This document shows positions 47,439-55,843 of a DNA stretch of 64,000 nucleotides, one piece after another. The DNA comes from Acidobacteriota bacterium (GTDB lineage Bacteria > Acidobacteriota > Thermoanaerobaculia > Thermoanaerobaculales > Thermoanaerobaculaceae). The translations under genes were made by a program, and so were the position numbers. The stretch spans positions 129,307 to 193,306 of the forward strand of contig JBBISY010000003.1 of assembly GCA_037441065.1 (NCBI GenBank), given 5' to 3'. The notes beneath the pieces were generated by a model. It was not told where the DNA came from. It searched no databases and worked only from the letters and a program-made list of their open reading frames with translations. Within the stretch, counting starts at the first letter, position 1. The number at the start of each line of letters is the position of its first letter.

Positions 47439-48239
47439 CTAGAAGAGGAGCTTAGTGAGGAAGAAGTCCGAGATCAGGATCACCAGGGAGGCCATCACCA
47501 CCGCTGCCGTGGTGGACCGTCCCACCCCTTCGGCCCCGCCACCGGTGAAGAAACCCTTGGTACAGCCGGTGACGGAGAGGATGAGCCCGAACGCGGCCGC
47601 CTTGATGAGCCCCGAAAAGACGTCGTTGAGGTCCAGGTACTGGAACGTCTTTTCCCAGTAGACGACGGGGTTGGCGTCCATCAGCCCCACGGCCACCGCG
47701 TAGCCGCCGAAAATGCCCAAGCCGTCGGCGCACGCCACCAGGGGCGGCAGCATCAGGGTGGTAGCCGCCACGCGCGGCACGATGAGGTAGTGGATGGGTT
47801 CGGTGGCCATGGCGTAGAGGGCGTCGATCTGCTCCGTCACCCGCATGGAACCCAGCTCGGCCGCCAGGGAGGAGCCGATGCGGCCGGCGATCATGAGGGC
47901 GGCCAGCACCGGCGCCAGCTCCCGGGTGAGGGAGAGGGAGACCACCGACCCCACGTACGCCTCGGCGTGGAAGCGTTCAAAGCCGCGGTAGGTCTGGAGG
48001 GCCATCACCATGCCGGTGAACATTGCGGTGAGCCCCACCACCGGGATCGAGTCCACGCCCACGCGCACCATCTGACGGAGCCACTGCCGGCCGTCGAAAG
48101 GCCGCCGGAACAGCCAGTAACCCGTTTGGTAGAGGATGTAGAAGAAGCGTCCCGCCTCTTCGAAGAGGGCGACGGTGCGCACGCCAACCCCGTCCAGCGT
48201 GGCACGAGCGGTCTGGAGGAGGCGGGCGCTACTGCTCAT
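47439..48239 (-). CDS. mlaE: ABC transporter permease, MlaE-like
   Basis: ..TRELAPVLAALMIAGRIGSSLAAELGSMRVTEQIDAL.. is typical of MlaE. ATG 48239 overlaps the dnaB 3' end by 11 nt. Confidence 0.85.
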   Translation of the reverse strand: MSSSARLLQTARATLDGVGVRTVALFEEAGRFFYILYQTGYWLFRRPFDGRQWLRQMVRVGVDSIPVVGLTAMFTGMVMALQTYRGFERFHAEAYVGSVVSLSLTRELAPVLAALMIAGRIGSSLAAELGSMRVTEQIDALYAMATEPIHYLIVPRVAATTLMLPPLVACADGLGIFGGYAVAVGLMDANPVVYWEKTFQYLDLNDVFSGLIKAAAFGLILSVTGCTKGFFTGGGAEGVGRSTTAAVVMASLVILISDFFLTKLLF

Positions 48240-49656
48240 CGTCCCTGAGGTCCAGGTTCTCGAACCGGGTGTACTCGTCCATGTAGAGGAGGCGAAACAG
48301 GTCCGTTGGTCCATTCCGTTGCTTGGCCACGATCACTTCCGCCTGCCGGAGCTCCTCGGCGGTCTGTCCCTCGGAGGCCAGCGCCGGGTTCTTGCGGTTG
48401 ATGAACAGCACCACATCGGCGTCCTGCTCGATGGAGCCGGATTCGCGAAGGTCGGAGAGCTGGGGGCGCTGGTCCCCGCCGCGGCGCTCCGAGTACCGCG
48501 ACAGTTGCGACAGGGCGAGCACCGGCACGTCCAGCTGTTTGGCCACCGCCTTGAGTCCACGAGAGATGGCCGACACCTCCTGGGTGCGGTTCTCGGTGGG
48601 GACGCCGGCGGTCATGAGCTGCAGGTAGTCCACCACCACCAGGTCCAAGCCCCGTTCCATCGCCAGGCGCCGACACTTACCGCGAAGCTCCATGGGCGAG
48701 AGGACGGCGGAGTCGTCGATCCACAGGTTGGCCTTGGCGAGGCGATCCGCGGCCTGCGTGAGGCGGCTCCAGTCGGACTCTTTGTCGCCGGCCGGCCTGC
48801 GGCTGAGCACGCCGCGGGTCAGCTTGCGCAGGTCGATGCGAGCCTCAGCGGCGAGCAACCGGCGGATCAGGGCGCTCGCCGACATTTCCAGGGAGAAGAT
48901 GGCCACGTGGAGCTGGCGGTGAATGGCGCAATAGGCGGCGATGTTGAGAGCCATGGCCGTCTTCCCCACGCCCGGTCGGGCGGCAAGGATCACGAGATCT
49001 TGCTTCTGGAGGCCGGAGGTGAGCTCGTCCAGCTTGAGGAAACCGGTGGGAATGCCGGTGTAGGCGAGGCCGGCCTTCGACACCGTCTCGATTCGGCCCA
49101 CCTCCTCCTTGGCCAGCTCGCTGGCGGGGCGGAGATTGCCCCGCAGCTCGCGTTGGGCCACGGCAATGATGGCGGCCTCGGCGGTTTCCAGTGCCTCGGT
49201 CGCGTCCCCTTCGTCGCGGGCACTGGCCGCCAAGAGCTGCTGCGAGACGCGCACCAGTTCGCGCTTGACGGCGCGGTCGCGGACGATATCGGCGTAGTAC
49301 TCCACGTTCGCCGTGTCGGGGAGCTGGCCGGTCAGGCCGGCGAGGTAGAGACGGCCCCCGGCTGCCTCCAGCTGGCCGGTCCGCTGCAAATGAGCGATCG
49401 TGGCGACCAGGTCGATGTTCTGACCTTGCACCGCCAGCTCGGAAAATGCTGTAAAGAGAGTCCGATGGGCGGGGTTGTGGAAATCCTCGGCGCGGAGGCG
49501 GTCCACGACCCGGAAGAAACAGTTGGAGTCGGCGAGGATGGTGCCCAGCACCGCCCGCTCCGCCTCCGGGTTGACCGGAAGGTGAAGGGGTTGCCCGAGA
49601 GCGGAGTTGGCCGGCAAGGTCTTGCTCCGCTCCAGGAGGTGTGGGGTGTCGCCCAT
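48229..49656 (-). CDS. dnaB: replicative DNA helicase
   Basis: N-terminal P.N.EAERAVLG.IL, Walker A ARPGVGKTA and ..SLEMS.. / ..QLSR.. motifs. 475 aa. Confidence 0.95.
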   Translation of the reverse strand: MGDTPHLLERSKTLPANSALGQPLHLPVNPEAERAVLGTILADSNCFFRVVDRLRAEDFHNPAHRTLFTAFSELAVQGQNIDLVATIAHLQRTGQLEAAGGRLYLAGLTGQLPDTANVEYYADIVRDRAVKRELVRVSQQLLAASARDEGDATEALETAEAAIIAVAQRELRGNLRPASELAKEEVGRIETVSKAGLAYTGIPTGFLKLDELTSGLQKQDLVILAARPGVGKTAMALNIAAYCAIHRQLHVAIFSLEMSASALIRRLLAAEARIDLRKLTRGVLSRRPAGDKESDWSRLTQAADRLAKANLWIDDSAVLSPMELRGKCRRLAMERGLDLVVVDYLQLMTAGVPTENRTQEVSAISRGLKAVAKQLDVPVLALSQLSRYSERRGGDQRPQLSDLRESGSIEQDADVVLFINRKNPALASEGQTAEELRQAEVIVAKQRNGPTDLFRLLYMDEYTRFENLDLRDDEQ

Positions 49657-49662
49657 GCCGGA

Positions 49663-49672
49663 ATGCTAGCAC
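49663..49672 (-). promoter_or_regulatory. extended -10-like element GTGCTAGCAT 6 nt upstream of the dnaB ATG
   Basis: Reverse strand reads GTGCTAGCATTCCGGCATG, with no SD. Confidence 0.45.
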
Positions 49673-49742
49673 GGCTCGGCGGGGCGAGCCTTGGTGCTAG
49701 CTGCGGGTCGGCGTAAACTAGCACTGGCCCGCGCTGGGACGG

Positions 49743-49751
49743 TGGTAGTGT
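49743..49751 (+). promoter_or_regulatory. extended -10-like element TGGTAGTGT upstream of the zinc-ribbon/FHA gene
   Basis: Lies 44 nt before ATG 49796, followed by the GGAAGGGGGGA RBS. Confidence 0.3.
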
Positions 49752-49795
49752 AGGGGGTGGCCGGGAGGGTCTGAAGCCTGTCGGAAGGGGGGACC

Positions 49796-50365
49796 ATGAT
49801 CGTCAGCTGTTCAGGGTGTGGGGCGAAGTACCAGTACGACGAGTCCCGGTTTGGGCAGGCCACGACGAAACGTCTTCGCTGCAGCAAGTGCGGCGCCATC
49901 TTCGAAGTGCACAGGCCGGAACCGGCCGAGGCAGGGCACGACACGCACATCGGCAAGCGCGCTAAGGCCGATGAGACGACGAAGGAGATCGAAATTCGCA
50001 AGGCCACCGCGGATGCCGAGCTGGCCAACCTGCCCGAGCTGGCGCCGCTGCCGACCAACCGCCGCTACTCCCTGGCGGTGATCCTCGGCGCTGCGGCGGG
50101 TCAGATCTACCCGATCACCAAGCCACGGATCCTGCTGGGGCGGGGAGCGGAGGCGGATCTCCAACTGCCGGACAGCGAGGTCTCCCGGCGGCACGCGGTT
50201 CTGGACATCCGTGGCGACGAGGCGTTCCTGGTGGACCTGGGATCTTCCAACGGCACGTTCGTGAACGGCGTGCGCGTGCAGCGCGCCACGATTGCGAGCC
50301 ATCAGGAGTTCAGCCTCGGCACCACCACCTTGATGTTCATCGTGACGGAATCCCAGGAGCCCTGA
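49796..50365 (+). CDS. MJ0042-type zinc-ribbon + FHA domain protein
   Basis: N-terminal CSGCGAKYQYD....RLRCSKCGAIFEV. C-terminal FHA region ..ILLGRGAEADLQLPDSEVSRRHAVL......LVDLGSSNGTFVNG. Confidence 0.8.
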   Translation: MIVSCSGCGAKYQYDESRFGQATTKRLRCSKCGAIFEVHRPEPAEAGHDTHIGKRAKADETTKEIEIRKATADAELANLPELAPLPTNRRYSLAVILGAAAGQIYPITKPRILLGRGAEADLQLPDSEVSRRHAVLDIRGDEAFLVDLGSSNGTFVNGVRVQRATIASHQEFSLGTTTLMFIVTESQEP

Positions 50366-50374
50366 GCACGAGCG

Positions 50375-51460
50375 GTGAGAGTCCTGGTGGCCCTCTCCGG
50401 CGGCGTCGACTCGTCGGTGGCCGCGGCCCTCCTCAAAGAACAGGGGTTCGAGGTGGTGGGGGTGACACTCCGGCTCGCCGACCTCTCCCCCCTGGGGCTG
50501 GAGCCCTCCCGCTGCTGTTCCCCCGACGCGGTTGCCTCGGCGCGCGCCGTGGCCGACACCTTGGGCGTTCCCCATCACCTCGTGGACAGCCAGGCCACCT
50601 TCGCCCAGGAGGTGATCCGCCCGTTCGTGGCCTCGTACCTGGGGGGGAGGACGCCTTCCCCCTGTATCCGCTGCAACTCGCGGGTCAAGTTCCCGGAACT
50701 GCTGGCCCTGGCGCGAACCTTCGGGGCGGAGGCGGTGGCCACCGGGCACTACGCGCGCATCCGGCGCGGGGGCACCCCCCGCCTGTGTCGGGCCGCGGAA
50801 GTGTCCCGGGATCAGTCCTACTTCCTCTTCGAGCTGGTGCCGGCGGTGCTGTCGCGGGTCCTCTTCCCCCTGGGCGAGTACCGCAAGACCGAGGTGCGGG
50901 AGATTGCCCGCCGCCTCGGGTTCGCCTCCGCGCAGCGACGGGACAGCCAGGAGGTCTGCTTCGTTCCCTTGGGGTGTTCCTACCCGGAAGTGGTGGAACG
51001 CCTGGCTCCCGACCGGCGTCCCGTGCCGGGCCCCATCGTTTCCGCGCAGGGCGAGACCCTGGGCCAGCACGGAGGGATTCATCGCTTCACCGTGGGGCAG
51101 CGGCGTGGCCTGAATGTGAGCGGGCAGGAGCGCCGCTACGTGGTCGCCATTGACGCCGACCACAACCGCGTGGTGGTGGGAGGGCGGGAGGAGGCGCTGC
51201 GGCGGGAGATCGTCGTGCAGGGTGTGGTGTGGCACGAGGGGGAACCCACGGGACCCGTGCGCGCCACGGTGCAGGTCCGCTCCCGCCACGAGCCCACCGA
51301 GGCGGTGATCACACCGCAGGCGGAGCGGCGGGCGGCGGTGGCCTTCTCCTTGCCCGTGCTGGCGCCCGCACCGGGGCAGGCCGCGGTCTTCTACGACGGG
51401 GACACCGTCCTGGGGGGCGGCTGGATCGCGCCGGATGGCGGCAGGGGAGGGGGGGCATGA
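50375..51460 (+). CDS. mnmA: tRNA 2-thiouridine(34) synthase
   Basis: GTG start. PP-loop ALSGGVDSS, ..CIRCN..VKF.. and ..ATGHYAR.. motifs. Confidence 0.9.
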   Translation: MRVLVALSGGVDSSVAAALLKEQGFEVVGVTLRLADLSPLGLEPSRCCSPDAVASARAVADTLGVPHHLVDSQATFAQEVIRPFVASYLGGRTPSPCIRCNSRVKFPELLALARTFGAEAVATGHYARIRRGGTPRLCRAAEVSRDQSYFLFELVPAVLSRVLFPLGEYRKTEVREIARRLGFASAQRRDSQEVCFVPLGCSYPEVVERLAPDRRPVPGPIVSAQGETLGQHGGIHRFTVGQRRGLNVSGQERRYVVAIDADHNRVVVGGREEALRREIVVQGVVWHEGEPTGPVRATVQVRSRHEPTEAVITPQAERRAAVAFSLPVLAPAPGQAAVFYDGDTVLGGGWIAPDGGRGGGA

Positions 51461-52407
51461 GCGCGCCGCTGGTGAGCGTGATCCTGCGTTCCATCGGTCG
51501 GCCGGAATGGAAACGGGCGCTCGCTTCGGTAGCCGCGCAGAGCTACTCGCCCCTGGAGGTGGTGTGCGTCAACGCGAAGGGGGCGCAGCACCCGCCGATC
51601 CCGGCAGCGGTCGGCCAGGTGGCGATCCGAACCGTGGACCAGGGGCGGCCCCTGGGCCGCTCCCGAGCTGCCAACGCCGGTCTCGCGGCGGCGGGAGGAG
51701 ACTACCTGGCCTTCCTCGATGACGACGACTGGTTCCTGGAGCACCACGTGGCCGTTCTCGTGGAGGCTCTGGCCGCGAACCCGTCCGCCCAGGTCGCCTA
51801 CGCCGACGCGGAGGGGGTAGACCGGGACGGGAACGTGGTCCATCGGTTCGGCGAACCCTTCCGCTACGCCCGCCTCTGCGTCGGCAACTTCATCCCCATG
51901 GACGCGGCGCTCTTTTCCCGCAGCCTGGTGCAGGCCGGGTGCTCCTTCGACGAGACGTTGGCGGTGTACGAGGACTGGGACTTCTGGCTGCAGCTCGCGG
52001 CCTACGGCCCGTTCCTCCACGTGGATCGCGTGGGGGTGCGGTGCAGCACCTCGGGCTCGTCGGGTGTGGGCCTGGCGCCGGACCGGGGGCAGCAGCGCGC
52101 GGCGCGGGTGCGCCTCTACGAGAAGTGGCGACACCTGTGGAGCGGGGAGCAGCTGGACGCGCTGGTCGCGCTCCTGGAGGAGGAGGCGCGAGTCCGCGAC
52201 CTGCTTTTTGCCGCGGCGGTGGCGGCGGCGGAGCGCACCGGTCAGGACCTGCAGCGCCTGGCCAGAGAGGCAGAGGATGCACGGAGGGAACTGGAAGCGG
52301 TGCTCGCCTCCCGCTCGTGGCGCTGGACGGCGCCGCTGCGCTGGGCCAAGGAACGGCTGGCCGGCAGGGCACGGCCCAGCGGGGAGGGAGAGCGCGAGAC
52401 TCACTAG
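51457..52407 (+). CDS. family 2 glycosyltransferase with C-terminal coiled coil
   Basis: ATG 51457 overlaps the mnmA stop (ATGA). VSVILRS.GRP, ..YLAFLDDDD.. (DxD) and a C-terminal ..SRSWRWTAPLRW.. tail. Confidence 0.8.
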   Translation: MSAPLVSVILRSIGRPEWKRALASVAAQSYSPLEVVCVNAKGAQHPPIPAAVGQVAIRTVDQGRPLGRSRAANAGLAAAGGDYLAFLDDDDWFLEHHVAVLVEALAANPSAQVAYADAEGVDRDGNVVHRFGEPFRYARLCVGNFIPMDAALFSRSLVQAGCSFDETLAVYEDWDFWLQLAAYGPFLHVDRVGVRCSTSGSSGVGLAPDRGQQRAARVRLYEKWRHLWSGEQLDALVALLEEEARVRDLLFAAAVAAAERTGQDLQRLAREAEDARRELEAVLASRSWRWTAPLRWAKERLAGRARPSGEGERETH

Positions 52408-53438
52408 CGGAGGGCGAGGAGCGCGTCGGCCCAAGCAGCGGCGCGGCGCGACAGCGTTCTCTCGCCCAACACGTAGGCCCGCGCCGCGGCGGCCAGGCGA
52501 CGACGCAGGGGCTCGTCCTCGATGAGGCGGCAAAGCGCCTCCGCCCAGGCGTCCGGGGTGTTGGCAACGAGCAGCCCGTTGACGCCGTGCTGCACGGTGC
52601 CGGCGTAGGCGGGGACGGCGCTGCACGCCACCGCCAAGCCCAAGGCACCATAGTCCAGGAACTTGATGTCCGACTTGGCGCGGGTGAAGGGCGTGTCCTC
52701 CAGCGGTGCCAGGCCCACGTCCCACCGCGCGTTGCGCCGCAGCCAAGGAACGAAACGCGGGTACTCCACCTCCGCAGGCGGCACGGTCACGGCTCGGACG
52801 GCAAGCCCCTCGAAGCCGGAGAGGATGGCCGGATCCGCCCCGCCCACGATTTCGAAACGAACCGATCCGCGGAACGCTCGCAACACCTCTCGCAGGGGTT
52901 GCACCAGGAGCAGGAGGTCCCGATCGTGGGTCCAGGTGCCCATGTAGCCGAGGCACACGCCCCGGTCGTCCGCCGAGCGTTCCTGCGCCCGTGCCTCGTC
53001 GAAAAAGAGCCGTTCGTCCAGCGCGTTGGGGAGCACCACCACCTGTCTCGCCAGGCGCGCGAGCCGCCCGGCCAGAGCTGGCGTGGCAACGAGTACGGCG
53101 TCGGCCTCCCGGCAGAGGAACCGGACCAGCCCGCGGGTGGCCGGTGTCACGGTGGGGGCGTCCACGAGGTTGTCGTCCAGGGTGTAGGCGACGCGAGCCC
53201 GATCGCGGCGCGCTCGCTGCAGCAGCTCCTCGGCGTCGAAGACGCTGGCGCCAGGACGTACGGTGCGCTCCACCACCACCACGTCGGCGGGAGCGTAGTC
53301 GGTGGCGGCGGTAAGGGCGATCCGGCCATTGTTGAGCGGGTGGCCCAGCGGGAGGAGATCGCGGATGTACGCACAACCAAAGGGCACGCCGTCGCCGCCG
53401 TGTTCAACGATGACGTGGACGCGCAGGAGGTCGGCCAT
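52404..53438 (-). CDS. glycosyltransferase (GT-B fold, GT1/GT4-like)
   Basis: 344 aa. The C-terminal half ..FTRAKSDIKFLDYGALGLAVACSAVPAY......GLLVANTPDAW.. resembles the nucleotide-sugar-binding half of GT4 enzymes. The family call is tentative. Confidence 0.6.
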   Translation of the reverse strand: MADLLRVHVIVEHGGDGVPFGCAYIRDLLPLGHPLNNGRIALTAATDYAPADVVVVERTVRPGASVFDAEELLQRARRDRARVAYTLDDNLVDAPTVTPATRGLVRFLCREADAVLVATPALAGRLARLARQVVVLPNALDERLFFDEARAQERSADDRGVCLGYMGTWTHDRDLLLLVQPLREVLRAFRGSVRFEIVGGADPAILSGFEGLAVRAVTVPPAEVEYPRFVPWLRRNARWDVGLAPLEDTPFTRAKSDIKFLDYGALGLAVACSAVPAYAGTVQHGVNGLLVANTPDAWAEALCRLIEDEPLRRRLAAAARAYVLGERTLSRRAAAWADALLALR

Positions 53439-55328
53439 TCACCTCACCCCCGGCCTGCGGTCGGCCTGGCCCGCCAGGACGCGACGGGCTGCGCGCTGCG
53501 CCGAAAAGGCGGGGCTCGAGGCGATCGCCGCGAGGCGCAACTCGGCCAGAAGGCGTGCGTCGTTAGCCAGGCGCTCCAGCACCTCCGGTTCGGCGCGCTC
53601 CAGCCAGGCGGGGAGCTGGTCGCCGCTGGGCCCCACCAGAGGGCGGAGCGCCGCCAGCGCGCCACCGACCACCCCCGCCCCGCAGGCCATTGCCTCCGCC
53701 GCGAGCTGCAGCGCCGCCGGCTGCGTCTCGTCCACGAGCACCACGTCGCTCTCGGCGAGCAGTGCCGCCCGCTGGCCCAGCGGCAGCGGCCCCACGCGCC
53801 GCCAGCCCGAGCGAGCCTCGCCGCGGCCGGGGAGCGGTGCGGGGGTCGCGGCGTCCAGCAGCACGGTGCGGAGCCGGTGGTCGCAGCGCCGGTGACCATG
53901 CCGCAGCACCTCGAGGAGGTCGGTGGGCTCGCCGGCAACCAGGTGGGGCGAAAGACAAGCGGCTACGTGCAGGGCCGCCCCAGCGCGGGGGCGTGGACGC
54001 GGGCGGAAGACGGCCAGATCCACCGCCGGGAGAGCGGCCACCAGGTCGTCCGTCCCAAGGACCAGATCCAGAGCCGCCGCCCACTGCGGCTCCTCCCCGT
54101 CGCTCCAGAAGACCGGCACGAACAATAACGCCAGAGCCCCCTCCACCACCGGCCGCAGCGACCTGTGCACGACCCCGCGCACGTCCAAACCCAGGTCGCC
54201 ACAGGCGGCCGCCAGCTGGAGGGCGGCTTCGCAGGCCCACGGCTGGGCGCCGTCCTCGAGGCGCAGGAGCAGCGGCCTTCCCTCCCACCGCTCTCGGAGC
54301 TCCTCCTGGGCGGCTGCCTCTGCGAGGGCGTGCGCGACGCGGGCTCGCTGCCCCGCCAGCACCGGGTCGTAGCGGCAGAGCTCGACCCCCCGGGCGACCC
54401 GGCCGGCCCCGTGCTTGGCGACGAGGGCGCCATCGGTAGCGGCCACCAGCTCGTGACGGCGCTCGTCCGAGTAGCTGCGGGATTGGGCATGATAGACGTA
54501 GGCATCCTCCGCCACCGCCAGGGAGAAGCCAGCGTCGGCAGCGCGCAGGCACAGGTCGTTCTCCTCCCCGTAACCGAAGGGGAACGTGGCCTCGTCCAAG
54601 AGTCCCACCGCCTCTAGGACGGAGCGCCGCACGAGGAGGCAAAAGCCGTTGAGGAAGGGCAAGCGCGGGTAGAGCCGCGCGGAGCAGGTGCGGAGCAACG
54701 CCGCCATTCGCTCGGGATCGAAGCCCGGGGGCAGTTCGTTGCGGGCCCAATCGCCGTTACTTGCGAACACCTCGGGCACCGACTGCCAGGAGGCGGTGTT
54801 GGAGAGGGGGCCCACCAGGCCGAGACGCGGGTCGGACTCGGCGCAGGCCACCAGGCGGTCCAGCCACTCGTGCGTGGGGATGGTGTCGGAGTTGAGAAGC
54901 ACCACGAATTCCGCGTCGGCTCGGCGCAGGCCCTGGTTGGCGGCGCGGGTGTAGCCGAGGGCCGTCTCGTTGCGCAGGAGCGTCGCCCCCTGGGTCTCGG
55001 CAAAGTGGGCCAGGTAAGCGGCCGTTTCCGGGCCGCTGCCGTCGTCCACGAGGATGAGCCGGTACGGGGGGAAGGTGGTGCGAACGAGAGCCTCCAGGCA
55101 GCGGCGCACGTCCTCGAGGGCATCGTGGACGCAGATCACGATGTCCACGGGGCGGGTGTGGCGAGAAAACGGCGCCGCCGGCAAGACGGAGGCCACCTCA
55201 TTGGCGTACCGGCCATCCCCCATGCCCAGACGGTGGAGGGCGCTTCGGAGGACCCACCGCAGGAGGCCGGCCACGCGGCGAAACCGTCCCTCCTCGCAGC
55301 GGACGCGGCTCGCCACCCGGCGCAGCAT
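53439..55328 (-). CDS. bifunctional-looking glycosyltransferase: N-terminal GT2 domain + C-terminal GT-B-like domain
   Basis: GT2 core VDIVICVHDALEDVRRCLEAL...LILVDDGS....GYTRAANQG....VVLLNSDT. The C-terminal part has ..ESDVVLVDETQPAALQLAAEAMACGAGVVG. Start set at ATG 55328 because codons 55329-55496 have more rare, A/T-ending codons. Confidence 0.65.
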   Translation of the reverse strand: MLRRVASRVRCEEGRFRRVAGLLRWVLRSALHRLGMGDGRYANEVASVLPAAPFSRHTRPVDIVICVHDALEDVRRCLEALVRTTFPPYRLILVDDGSGPETAAYLAHFAETQGATLLRNETALGYTRAANQGLRRADAEFVVLLNSDTIPTHEWLDRLVACAESDPRLGLVGPLSNTASWQSVPEVFASNGDWARNELPPGFDPERMAALLRTCSARLYPRLPFLNGFCLLVRRSVLEAVGLLDEATFPFGYGEENDLCLRAADAGFSLAVAEDAYVYHAQSRSYSDERRHELVAATDGALVAKHGAGRVARGVELCRYDPVLAGQRARVAHALAEAAAQEELRERWEGRPLLLRLEDGAQPWACEAALQLAAACGDLGLDVRGVVHRSLRPVVEGALALLFVPVFWSDGEEPQWAAALDLVLGTDDLVAALPAVDLAVFRPRPRPRAGAALHVAACLSPHLVAGEPTDLLEVLRHGHRRCDHRLRTVLLDAATPAPLPGRGEARSGWRRVGPLPLGQRAALLAESDVVLVDETQPAALQLAAEAMACGAGVVGGALAALRPLVGPSGDQLPAWLERAEPEVLERLANDARLLAELRLAAIASSPAFSAQRAARRVLAGQADRRPGVR

Positions 55329-55516
55329 GGCCTCTCGGCGGGAGCCGGAGGGCGCGAGGCGCAGGCGTACCCCTTGGAACCCGCGTCTCGCAGCTGCTCG
55401 TAGGGAAGGCCGCCCCCCCCACCAGTGGGTACTGGTCCTGCCCTCACGAACCACCTCCCGCCGCGACCCGACCGGCGGGCCCGCCTGCCGTTGCATCGCC
55501 GCGCCCCTGACTCGCG

Positions 55517-55810
55517 CTACATGGGGCGCTGCTCGTCGGGCGCGGAGGGCCCGGAGGCGATGGGACCGAAGTTGCGCTCGTAGATCGTCACGTTCTCCGT
55601 GAGGGCCCGCAGCAACTGCTTCACGTGCACGGGCGTCATGACCACGCGGGCCACCACCTGCACATCCTCCCGGCCGGGGACGATCCGGCCGAAGTCAATG
55701 ATGAACTCGGCGAAGTTGTGCACGATGGACGCGAAGTTGGCGTAGGTCCCCAGCGCCTGCTGATCCGAAACCACGATCTTGATGGGGTTTTCTCCCTCTT
55801 TCGGGCTCAT
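55517..55810 (-). CDS. DUF3467-family small protein
   Basis: ..LGTYANFASIVHNFAEFIIDFGRI.......VVARVVMTPVHVKQLLRAL matches my memory of DUF3467. GGAGG RBS. Confidence 0.7.
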   Translation of the reverse strand: MSPKEGENPIKIVVSDQQALGTYANFASIVHNFAEFIIDFGRIVPGREDVQVVARVVMTPVHVKQLLRALTENVTIYERNFGPIASGPSAPDEQRPM

Positions 55811-55825
55811 GTGACCTCCACAGGC

Positions 55826-55831
55826 ATTCTA
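55826..55831 (-). promoter_or_regulatory. -10 hexamer TAGAAT upstream of the DUF3467 gene
   Basis: Reverse strand reads CGCTAGAATGCCTGTGGAGGTCACATG: -10, a 15-nt leader containing GGAGG, then ATG 55810. Confidence 0.35.
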
Positions 55832-55843
55832 GCGAGGTGGCGC

